54,626 bases of DNA from a virus. Taxonomy: Duplodnaviria; Caudoviricetes. The DNA lies in the IMG/VR virus record IMGVR_UViG_3300014155_000001, positions 1 through 54,626 of that record; one strand, 5' to 3'. This document shows, in pieces, positions 45,546-53,383 of the stretch (position 1 is the stretch's first letter; the number at the start of each line of letters is the position of its first letter). The notes under the pieces were generated by a model. That model worked only from the letters and a program-made list of their open reading frames with translations, was not told the DNA's origin and made no database searches. Both the position numbers and the translations under genes were made by a program.

Positions 45546-46332
45546 TGATGTGATACATCACGACATCAACGCAGGAACTTAAAGTAACGTTGCCATCGGT
45601 GATGGCAGTGATGATGAATGACCCCGGCGTGCCCGGTGTGATGGAAGTGATTTTGTAACCCCCCCAAGACGTGCGGTGCGCGGCAGTGGCATCGGGAGTT
45701 TGGAGCGTGACAACAATCATGCTGTTGGCGGTGATGTTTTTGGTGCTGACCGTGAACGTGCCGCTGCTTAGTGTGGCAGCCCCAGCTTGAACGGGTAGCG
45801 CGGTCAACAGAGCCGCATAGGTCGTTACTCCTGTTCCGCCCTGGCTCACGCTCAACGGTGTGGACAGGGCGTTGAGCGAAGTAATGTCGCTGTTGGTTCC
45901 GCTGGCGGCGGCTCCGAGATTAGAGCGGGCAGTTGAGGCGGTCGCGGCTCCGGTCCCGCCGTTGGCTACGGTGGTCGGATAAGTAATCGCCGCTTGAATA
46001 CCACCCGGCGTAACCACAGCCCCGGAAGCGATGATTACAGCCGGCGCGGAATCCCCGGTATATTCCAAAAACTTCAACGAGACAGATGTGAACGGCGACA
46101 CCGGGGCCGACGCCACCTGAAATGTGCCAAGATTAGTGCCGTCACTGATGAAAATTATTTGGCCAACGGCCATCCACTGACAATTGGCCACGGCAACAAT
46201 GACGGTGCTATTTTGTGCCGGCAGGGTGGTTGCCGTGGTTGTGGTGGTAAATGCGTTCTGACCTGACGTGCCTGGAACATTGACGGCAGGGACAGAGGGA
46301 CAAGGCGTACAACAATCGCTCAAAGTGCTCAT
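45538..46332 (-). CDS. Tail fibre/collar-like virion protein
   Basis: VANGGTGA..A..AR.NLG and PLSV.QGGTG fibre repeats. Confidence 0.75.
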   Translation of the reverse strand: MSTLSDCCTPCPSVPAVNVPGTSGQNAFTTTTTATTLPAQNSTVIVAVANCQWMAVGQIIFISDGTNLGTFQVASAPVSPFTSVSLKFLEYTGDSAPAVIIASGAVVTPGGIQAAITYPTTVANGGTGAATASTARSNLGAAASGTNSDITSLNALSTPLSVSQGGTGVTTYAALLTALPVQAGAATLSSGTFTVSTKNITANSMIVVTLQTPDATAAHRTSWGGYKITSITPGTPGSFIITAITDGNVTLSSCVDVVMYHIIG

Positions 46333-46347
46333 AATGCGTTAAATTTA

Positions 46348-46375
46348 ACGTTACCGTTGAAAAGCTGGTTGTCTA
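46348..46375 (-). promoter_or_regulatory. Tail operon promoter TAGACA-N16-TAACGT
   Basis: Layout shared with the other late promoters. Confidence 0.55.
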
Positions 46376-46585
46376 GGGGCAGAGTGAAAGGGGTGAATAA
46401 AAAACAACTGACAATCGGCGGGCACTGTTTCATCCGCCGTCCTGAAACATCGTTCAGCGGCACAGTGTTTGAACTGCGTGCAGGCTGGGCGCGCGTAGTC
46501 GGCAAGGGCAGCATCGCGGATACCCACTTCAACGAGTGGTTTCCTATCAAATCCAAATGCTGCAACGTCGAACCTGCCTCCTAAA

Positions 46586-48388
46586 ATGATTTACAAGGAT
46601 CAATACGGCCAGAAATGGCCGCGCAAACCTGATGCCCTTCAAGTCGAGTTCAACATGATTCGGCGCAAGTGGAAAGAGCACCTGACCGGACAGGATGCCA
46701 CCGCTGATTTGCTCAAACATTATCTGAACGCGCGCAAACTGGTCTGGCCCGACCGTTACTGTCACCGCTGGTCGGAACTGATTTACCGGGAAATCATCAA
46801 GAACAGCATCACGATTTTAATGGGCGCGGCCAGCAGCCAGAAAACGAGCCACGCGAGCGAGTTCAGTCTGATTGATTACTGGTGCTACCCGGACGAAACG
46901 GCGGTCCTGGTCAGCAGCACAACCAAGGACAAGCTCGAAGATGCCGTTTGGGGTGAAATGAAAAGTTTGTGGAAAGCGGGCCGGAAAAATTACTCATGGC
47001 TGGCGGGACACCTGATTGAATACAAACAGCGCATTGCCACTGACGACCGCGCGGCGGACAGTGAGGATGCGCGTGACTTGCGCAAGGGGATTTTTTGCAA
47101 AGCCTGTTATGTAGGCAAGCAATGGGTGGGGCTGGGCAACTTCGCGGGCATCAAACAAAAACGGTTTCGTTTCCAGTGTGACGAATTGCAGTTCATGGCC
47201 CCAACCTTCCTTGGCTGTCTGCCGAACATGCGGAGCAACACGGGCGCGGGCGGTTTGAAGGTGGTTGGTTCCGGCAATCCGCGCCATGATCCCAATGACC
47301 AGCTTGGAATAGTGGCCGAACCGTTGGACGGTTGGCCTCAAGTGGATGGTCTGGAAAAAACTACCGTTTGGCCGATCAAACTCATGGGCGGCGCGTGTGT
47401 GAACCTGATTGGTTTGGACAGTCCAAACTTTGACCAGGCACAAGACCTTTACCGGGGATTGATTGGGCACGAGTACGAAAAAATCATCGCGCATGATTAC
47501 GGAAAGAATTCGCCTGAATATGAGACGCAAATTATGGGCCGGATGCGGATTGGTCTGGAACATTCGCGCGTCATCACCCGGCAATTGTGCCGGCTGCACC
47601 GTGCCCATGACCAAGCGGTGTGGTCCGGCAAGCCGCGCACGCGGATTTACTCGGTGGACCCGGCCTACGGCGGTGGGGACCGCTGCGTAGGCGGATGGAT
47701 TGAATTTGGCGAGGGCGTAGAGGGCACGCAAATTTTGCGCGTGAATCCACCGCGCACCTTGAAAATTGTTGTGAACCCGAACAACCCGCCAGAGGATCAG
47801 ATTGCCGACCTGGTCAAAACGGACTTGGACCAATACGGCATCCCGCCTGAAAATTGTTTTTATGATTCATTCGGCAAGGGCACGGTCGGTTTTGCCTTTG
47901 CGCGCAAGTTCGGATCAAATTCGCCCGTGCCGGTGGATGCCGGCGCGCGGACGACACAACGCCCGGTACGGTTTGATTTGTGGGTCACAGAAAAGGATGG
48001 CCGTCGCCGGCTCAAGCGGTGCGAGGAACACTATTCCAAGTTCATTACCGAAATGTGGTTCTCGGTGCGCGAGACGATTGAGAGCGAACAAATGCGCGAA
48101 CTGCCAGAGGACGTGATGGCCGAAGGGTGCTGGCGCGAGTACCAGACCGTGGCCGGCGACAAGATTGAAGTCGAGCCGAAGGATGATTTGAAGGAACGCA
48201 TGGGCAAGTCCCCGGACCTGTTCGACTGGCTGGCGATTGCCCTCGAAGGCGCGCGGCGGCACGGCTTCAAAATTAAACGGCTTGGCGCAGACGTGCCCGT
48301 TGAGAATTCAACCTGGGACTGGTTTATGAAGCACCAGGACAAGCTTGGGCAACAGCGCCGCCAACACGAGTTGGTGTTTGGGGGTTAG
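46586..48388 (+). CDS. terL: Terminase large subunit
   Basis: Walker A-like GAASSQKTS, Walker B FQCDE, coupling motif GNP; nuclease VDPAYGGGD...GKSPD..D. Confidence 0.9.
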   Translation: MIYKDQYGQKWPRKPDALQVEFNMIRRKWKEHLTGQDATADLLKHYLNARKLVWPDRYCHRWSELIYREIIKNSITILMGAASSQKTSHASEFSLIDYWCYPDETAVLVSSTTKDKLEDAVWGEMKSLWKAGRKNYSWLAGHLIEYKQRIATDDRAADSEDARDLRKGIFCKACYVGKQWVGLGNFAGIKQKRFRFQCDELQFMAPTFLGCLPNMRSNTGAGGLKVVGSGNPRHDPNDQLGIVAEPLDGWPQVDGLEKTTVWPIKLMGGACVNLIGLDSPNFDQAQDLYRGLIGHEYEKIIAHDYGKNSPEYETQIMGRMRIGLEHSRVITRQLCRLHRAHDQAVWSGKPRTRIYSVDPAYGGGDRCVGGWIEFGEGVEGTQILRVNPPRTLKIVVNPNNPPEDQIADLVKTDLDQYGIPPENCFYDSFGKGTVGFAFARKFGSNSPVPVDAGARTTQRPVRFDLWVTEKDGRRRLKRCEEHYSKFITEMWFSVRETIESEQMRELPEDVMAEGCWREYQTVAGDKIEVEPKDDLKERMGKSPDLFDWLAIALEGARRHGFKIKRLGADVPVENSTWDWFMKHQDKLGQQRRQHELVFGG

Positions 48389-48393
48389 AACAT

Positions 48394-48723
48394 TTATGCT
48401 GTCTGGCACGATGGCGGTTCAGCAGCTTTTGGCCAGCCACCGGGCGGCACGGGCGCGGCGGGTGAACCGGCCATTGTCGGTACGGGCGCTGCGAGTGTTA
48501 CAGGATTGATGGAAAATTCATAGACGTTGCTCCATGCACTGTCTTTGTCGTAGTGACCGCTGGTTTTTACCTGGATAGCTCCGGGTGGAACTATCGGGGC
48601 GTCTTTGCCAGCGTCCACGAACAGTGCAACCGTGTCCTTTAACGGTTGTGGTAGATAGTCAGCCGCAAGGACGGCGGCTTTAACGTCGGCAGGTTTTCCA
48701 ATTATGTTGATGTTCCAACTCAT
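48394..48723 (-). CDS. Hypothetical protein
   Basis: 109 aa directly after groES. Confidence 0.6.
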   Translation of the reverse strand: MSWNINIIGKPADVKAAVLAADYLPQPLKDTVALFVDAGKDAPIVPPGAIQVKTSGHYDKDSAWSNVYEFSINPVTLAAPVPTMAGSPAAPVPPGGWPKAAEPPSCQTA

Positions 48724-48728
48724 AGGTT

Positions 48729-49040
48729 TTATTTGGTTTGTTTTTTTACGATGCAGTTGATTTCGTTTTCGTGAATCATTGATAGTTCCTTGCCGTCCAC
48801 CTTGATTTTGCTGGCGGTGTATTCGTTGAACACGACTTCATCACCCACCTTGACGGTCATGGGAATGCACACGCCATATTCAGTTACGCGGCCCGGTCCC
48901 ACGGCAACAACAATGCCTTGGGTGCCTTTTTCCCGTGAGCGGTCGGGTATGATGATGCCGCCGATTTTGTCCGGGCCGGTGATAGGCTCAATGATGACCC
49001 GGTCAGTCAGTGGAATCAGGTTTTGGTAATTGGATGACAT
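48729..49040 (-). CDS. groES: Co-chaperonin GroES
   Basis: PLTDRVII...GGIIIPD...G.VVAVGPG...VKVGD.V.F..Y...DGKE. Confidence 0.95.
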   Translation of the reverse strand: MSSNYQNLIPLTDRVIIEPITGPDKIGGIIIPDRSREKGTQGIVVAVGPGRVTEYGVCIPMTVKVGDEVVFNEYTASKIKVDGKELSMIHENEINCIVKKQTK

Positions 49041-49284
49041 TGGCTGGTGTGGCGGGACTGGCTGGTGAGGCTGGTTTTGAGTTTTGAGATTTCACGATGG
49101 TATCGGCGGTAGCAGCAACAGCATCTTCCTTGGCCATGCGGTTGGCCTGTTTGATGGAATTGAGCACGTCGCTTTGCAACCCGCCCAGCACGCAATAGAC
49201 GATGGCCGGATGCACGCCGGCATTGGCGGCGTCGGTGACGGCCTCAATGACGGTCTTTTGGAATTTCTCGGTGGGGTTTTTCAT
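49003..49284 (-). CDS. Hypothetical protein
   Basis: 93 aa between the scaffold gene and groES. Confidence 0.6.
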   Translation of the reverse strand: MKNPTEKFQKTVIEAVTDAANAGVHPAIVYCVLGGLQSDVLNSIKQANRMAKEDAVAATADTIVKSQNSKPASPASPATPANVIQLPKPDSTD

Positions 49285-49286
49285 AG

Positions 49287-50582
49287 TTATCCATTGCCTG
49301 CGGCAAGGCGATCAAACGCTTCATCCACCTCGGCGTAGGTTGTGGGCGGGCCTTTCTTGCCGGCTTGTTCGACCTTGTGTGCCTGGCCCCGGCCCGGTTC
49401 AGACTTTTCGTAGCCAGCCAGTTTATCCTGGAATTCTTTCTTCGCGTCATCGCTCTGTTTCAGCCGGAATACGAGACGGTCATAGGCGGCGGCACGATTG
49501 CGAACGGCACTGTGCAGCAGGGTCATTTCCGATTGCGGCAACCGGCCATTGACGAGCTTGGCCTGAATGGATTGCGGCAATTTTGAAAACTCTGACGGGT
49601 CAAGGACGCCAAAGGCCAGATCGGTCAACCGGATGCCTTGTTCCAAGAGCGCGTTACCCTTCGGGTCGGCGGCGTCCGGCGCGAAATACTGCGGATATTT
49701 TTCAGCGGCATGAGCATTGGCGGAATGCCAGCGTTCGCTGATTTCCTTGTGCTGTTTGGTCAGCCCTTCCCGGATTTGAATTTCGCGTTCGCCGCCTTGC
49801 TTGCGGAAATCGTCCACGGCGGCACGCATCTGGCCGTGCAGGTCAAGCACCTTGTCGCGCAGAACGGTTACGCGCGCGGCGCTGTGTCCAAAGTGTTCGG
49901 CGATGAAGGTGTTGGCGGCTTCCTCGTCCTGAATGGCCATGAGCGCGTCCCAATCAGCCTCAGTGCCCTTGCGCGATTTGCCCGGTTCAATGACGCCCCC
50001 GAATTCATCCGTTTTGTCGGGGTCTTTGAACGTCAAGGCGGCGGTAACTTTCTGTCCTTGCTCGTAGGCTTTGAGGAAAGGTTGCTGGTACTTGTCCTTG
50101 TATTCCTGGCTGCGTTCGTAGTTGGCGAACTTGAGTTCGGTTTCGAGTTCGGCGCGGGTTTTGTTCCATTCCTCGCGGGACTTTAACAGTTGTTCCTTTT
50201 CCGGGTCGGGCTTGGGCTTGGCGGCGTCGGCAACCAATTTTTCATATTTGCCTTTCCAGTCAGCAGCTTCGGTGCGGGTACGGTCAAGTTCTTCGCGCAG
50301 TGTGGCTGCTTTTACTTTGGTTGATGGCGCGGTTTCGCCGGGTGGTTTTGTTTCTGGCGCGGGCTTGGTTTCGCCGGGCGGTTTTGTCTCGGCGGCGGGC
50401 TTGGTTTCCGGGGCGGCTTTTTCTTCATCTGCCGTTTTGGTTTCAGGTGCCGGTTTTTCGTCAGGCGGCACGGCAACCAGGGCATCAAAGCCGGCAAAGG
50501 CTTCATTCAGGTTGGGCGTGGACCGGGTCGAGGTATCGGCGGCAGGTGCGGCAGGCGTCGGTAAAGTAGCGGCTTCGGGCAT
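49287..50582 (-). CDS. Putative capsid scaffolding protein
   Basis: P/E/T/K-rich N-terminus with PETKP-type repeats (50330-50460), followed by coiled coil. Confidence 0.7.
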   Translation of the reverse strand: MPEAATLPTPAAPAADTSTRSTPNLNEAFAGFDALVAVPPDEKPAPETKTADEEKAAPETKPAAETKPPGETKPAPETKPPGETAPSTKVKAATLREELDRTRTEAADWKGKYEKLVADAAKPKPDPEKEQLLKSREEWNKTRAELETELKFANYERSQEYKDKYQQPFLKAYEQGQKVTAALTFKDPDKTDEFGGVIEPGKSRKGTEADWDALMAIQDEEAANTFIAEHFGHSAARVTVLRDKVLDLHGQMRAAVDDFRKQGGEREIQIREGLTKQHKEISERWHSANAHAAEKYPQYFAPDAADPKGNALLEQGIRLTDLAFGVLDPSEFSKLPQSIQAKLVNGRLPQSEMTLLHSAVRNRAAAYDRLVFRLKQSDDAKKEFQDKLAGYEKSEPGRGQAHKVEQAGKKGPPTTYAEVDEAFDRLAAGNG

Positions 50583-50585
50583 AAA

Positions 50586-50807
50586 TTATTTGAGTTTTTT
50601 GAAGGTCAAAATACACTTGTTACGCAACAGGTTTTTTATTGGTTCTCCATTGTTGTTGCCTAACTTTTCCAATTCGACATGAGCAAGGCCATGAGTCTCA
50701 TTCCCGATTTCGACGAGAGATTTCAACAGCATAGGAATACCACTAGGGCATACATCAAAGCACAAAATCGGGCTTTTGAATTGGTCGGGCATTCGGGCCA
50801 TAATCAA
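50586..50807 (-). CDS. Hypothetical protein
   Basis: Coupled ORF with lower GC. Confidence 0.45.
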   Translation of the reverse strand: MIMARMPDQFKSPILCFDVCPSGIPMLLKSLVEIGNETHGLAHVELEKLGNNNGEPIKNLLRNKCILTFKKLK

Positions 50808-51073
50808 ACTTTGTGGTCTAGTTGGTTGGTTGGCGGTGGCGTGGTGGTCACGGTGGACGTGTTCAGGTTTTCCAGAATGCGCCGGAAACTGTCCGCGCCT
50901 TCCTTGCGCCAGCGGTTCGCGGCGGCGGTGGTAACATCGCCGGCAATGACGAGGGACAGGTCATGCTCCCGCGAAGCCGCGTCCAGTGCGGCCTGCATTT
51001 GGTCGCCACCGATCAAATCGTTGTAACCTTTGGTCAGGGACCGATTGGCGCGAAAATTGTCACGGGGCGTCAT
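50804..51073 (-). CDS. Bbp19-like head-module protein
   Basis: A.RW.KEGA..F..IL pattern; upstream of the scaffold gene. Confidence 0.5.
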   Translation of the reverse strand: MTPRDNFRANRSLTKGYNDLIGGDQMQAALDAASREHDLSLVIAGDVTTAAANRWRKEGADSFRRILENLNTSTVTTTPPPTNQLDHKV

Positions 51074-51315
51074 ACGGGTACTGGCGGGGTCAGGAAATTT
51101 TCATCAACGCCGTGCTGAATAATGGGGGACAGTCCCGCAAGCAGGGCTTCAAGGGTTTTAGCTTTCCAGCTTTGTTCCAGAATTTTGTCCAAATTGAAAG
51201 GTGGGGAATCAGCCCCTTCCGCGACCAACTTGAAGTCAACAATCCAAGGGTCATCATCGGTTGGGATGGGGACGTATTGAATTTCAACTTTGATTTTGGA
51301 CAACACGTTCTTCAT
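51070..51315 (-). CDS. Hypothetical protein
   Basis: Start MKNVLS, ATGA-coupled. Confidence 0.55.
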   Translation of the reverse strand: MKNVLSKIKVEIQYVPIPTDDDPWIVDFKLVAEGADSPPFNLDKILEQSWKAKTLEALLAGLSPIIQHGVDENFLTPPVPV

Positions 51316-51464
51316 AGAAATTTGGGCCGGCTGCCACCGCCTTTTTTCTTGCGCGGGCGATGGACCTTGAGTTTGCGGTCGTAAACCGGCTCTTGGCTCA
51401 CCAGCTTTTGGAGATGGCTGCAACTGCCGCAACTTTGCGGATTGCCTGGGGTTGCGTTGTTCAT
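51312..51464 (-). CDS. 50-aa peptide carrying the capsid N-terminal motif LVSQEPVYD and a basic tail (not in the ORF track)
   Basis: MNNATPGNPQSCGSCSHLQKLVSQEPVYDRKLKVHRPRKKKGGGSRPKFL; ATGA-coupled at both ends. Confidence 0.8.
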   Translation of the reverse strand: MNNATPGNPQSCGSCSHLQKLVSQEPVYDRKLKVHRPRKKKGGGSRPKFL

Positions 51465-51709
51465 TTGCGCGATGTTCCGGTTGAGGTTTTGCCCGCACGT
51501 CCGCCACGTCCTATCCGCGTGCTTCCGCGCTTGCCGCCCATTTTGTCCGGGCCTTTAACCTTCGTGTTCCGCAAGTTCTGATTGTCGGCATGGGTGCGGA
51601 TCGCCTTGGACAAAATCTTTTGCATGGCGAAGGGTGCAACCGGAATCCCGGCAGGCCGGGGCAGAAATGAGGGCAAAGCTGGCGTGATGACGGTGGCTGT
51701 TTCGTTCAT
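51461..51709 (-). CDS. Small basic protein (G/R/K-rich tail)
   Basis: First gene of the scaffold operon. Confidence 0.6.
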   Translation of the reverse strand: MNETATVITPALPSFLPRPAGIPVAPFAMQKILSKAIRTHADNQNLRNTKVKGPDKMGGKRGSTRIGRGGRAGKTSTGTSRK

Positions 51710-51823
51710 ACTTTATCGTTAATACACAAGCATTGGACCCGAAGTTTGTCAAATGGCTTGACATGATGGTGGTGAGATTGGCAGGGTGCTTACTGAATTT
51801 ATGACGTACCCGATTTTCTAAAT

Positions 51824-52048
51824 ATGGGCGAATTTGAACTATGTCATTGCGGGAAACCGTTGCATTACCTTAATCCGAAGGTCGAGGCGCTGGTTCGCGC
51901 GATGGTCCAAGAATTGGGGCCGACCGTGCCGGTGGTAGTGGACGATCATACTTGGCTGGTGCCGCGCCATTTTATTGCACTGCACGGTTTGAGGGCACAG
52001 GATTTGCCCGCGCTCGGTTTTCAAGAACTGAAAAAATGTCCGAAGTAA
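51824..52048 (+). CDS. Hypothetical protein
   Basis: CHCGKPLHY...W.VPRH.IA.HG. Confidence 0.65.
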   Translation: MGEFELCHCGKPLHYLNPKVEALVRAMVQELGPTVPVVVDDHTWLVPRHFIALHGLRAQDLPALGFQELKKCPK

Positions 52049-52069
52049 AAAACGTCAAAACCACCACCT

Positions 52070-52414
52070 ATGAAAACAATAAAAAAAGCCAAACAGCAAC
52101 AATCCTTAGCAATCGCGCGGCGGACCAAACTTCCAGCACTGGCAACGTTCACGCCAATTGGCCCATTCTACGGGATGACTGTTCCTGATGGAGAAATACA
52201 AATGGCACGCGGATTGTGCGCAGGGAAAGCTATTGTCATGTTGAAAACGCACCACAACAAAACCGGGAATGTTCACGCCTTGGGGTTCAGTATTCCATCG
52301 TTGATGGTTATGATTGCACTGGCGGCGCGCATGATGCCTTTCAACGTCATTCTGCCCATGCCACAAGAGCCAGAAAAAAAAGCGAGCAAAGCCAAAGCCA
52401 AAAAGAAAAAATAA
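52070..52414 (+). CDS. Hypothetical protein
   Basis: 114 aa with basic termini. Confidence 0.55.
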   Translation: MKTIKKAKQQQSLAIARRTKLPALATFTPIGPFYGMTVPDGEIQMARGLCAGKAIVMLKTHHNKTGNVHALGFSIPSLMVMIALAARMMPFNVILPMPQEPEKKASKAKAKKKK

Positions 52415-52752
52415 TGACTTTGGGCAAATACAAACTTGATGCCCACGGCGAACCAATACCAGAGCCGGACCTGCTGACTTGGGCGGCATGGCTTGAAACC
52501 GCTGACCGGCACGTTGCCTTGGACATAATTGGCACGACCCGCATTTCGACTGTATTTCTCGGTCTGGACCATAACTTTTCCGACCAAGGCGATCCCATCT
52601 TGTGGGAAACAATGGTGTTCAATGGACCCTGCAATCAGGAACAGCACCGTTGCGGTGGTTCCCGCGAACAAGCCGAGGCCATGCACGCGCGCGTGCTGGC
52701 CGAAGTTCAGGCCGAAATGGGCGTTAATGTTGAAACCGGCAACCCAAGTTGA
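52414..52752 (+). CDS. Phage hypothetical protein
   Basis: ISTVFLGLDH...PILWETMVF motif; start MTLGKY. Confidence 0.75.
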   Translation: MTLGKYKLDAHGEPIPEPDLLTWAAWLETADRHVALDIIGTTRISTVFLGLDHNFSDQGDPILWETMVFNGPCNQEQHRCGGSREQAEAMHARVLAEVQAEMGVNVETGNPS

Positions 52753-53153
52753 TTATGGACGAATGGATTGATCCTTGTGAAATAGCCAGACGTAAACATG
52801 AGGCGGCTTGCAAAAAGTTTATTGGCCAACTGACCAAAAACATTCGCATGACACAAATGTTTTACCTCGCGGAAATGTTGTTGTGCGCCGTCAACGCTGG
52901 CTTGGGGCTGCACGATCTCATCTTGGCTTGGGTAGAGAATTTTCTATGGTTGGGGTTGTTTATGTTTTTCTGTCAGGCCAGTGCCGCTGTGTTTTTAGGA
53001 TGGTGGGGATTGCGTAGTCGTCGCCGTGTGCGCACCTTGCGCGCCTTGCGCAAGAACATGGTCGGGGTGATGAAGGCCAAAACTCCAATTCAGGTCGAGC
53101 ATTACATGGCCCAAGGCAACACTGCGATGCGAAACTTAATCGCCAACCGATGA
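52749..53153 (+). CDS. Membrane protein
   Basis: Two hydrophobic segments followed by a basic patch. Confidence 0.6.
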   Translation: MIMDEWIDPCEIARRKHEAACKKFIGQLTKNIRMTQMFYLAEMLLCAVNAGLGLHDLILAWVENFLWLGLFMFFCQASAAVFLGWWGLRSRRRVRTLRALRKNMVGVMKAKTPIQVEHYMAQGNTAMRNLIANR

Positions 53154-53383
53154 AATTCAGACCCCAACGCGCGGGGTTGGATGAATCCATGCTTGAAGTG
53201 GTAGAATTGGCTCCCACGCTTCAAGCTTTGGCCATTCATTTAGGAATCAAAGACGAAAGGCGGATCAGTGTGGAACGCTATTGCTACGACTCCCGAATCA
53301 AATGGGATACTTATGTTGTCACGGTTGACGGGCAAGGGGTAGGGTTCACAGATGGTCCGGTTGATTCAATCGCCAACCGTTGA
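53150..53383 (+). CDS. Hypothetical protein
   Basis: FRPQRAGLDESM...YD.RI.WDTY.V...GFTDGP. Confidence 0.65.
   Translation: MKFRPQRAGLDESMLEVVELAPTLQALAIHLGIKDERRISVERYCYDSRIKWDTYVVTVDGQGVGFTDGPVDSIANR

Noticed and set aside
50330-50460. Tandem 18-bp DNA repeats as a regulatory array
   Set aside because: They encode PETKP-type linker repeats in the scaffold protein and vary at synonymous positions
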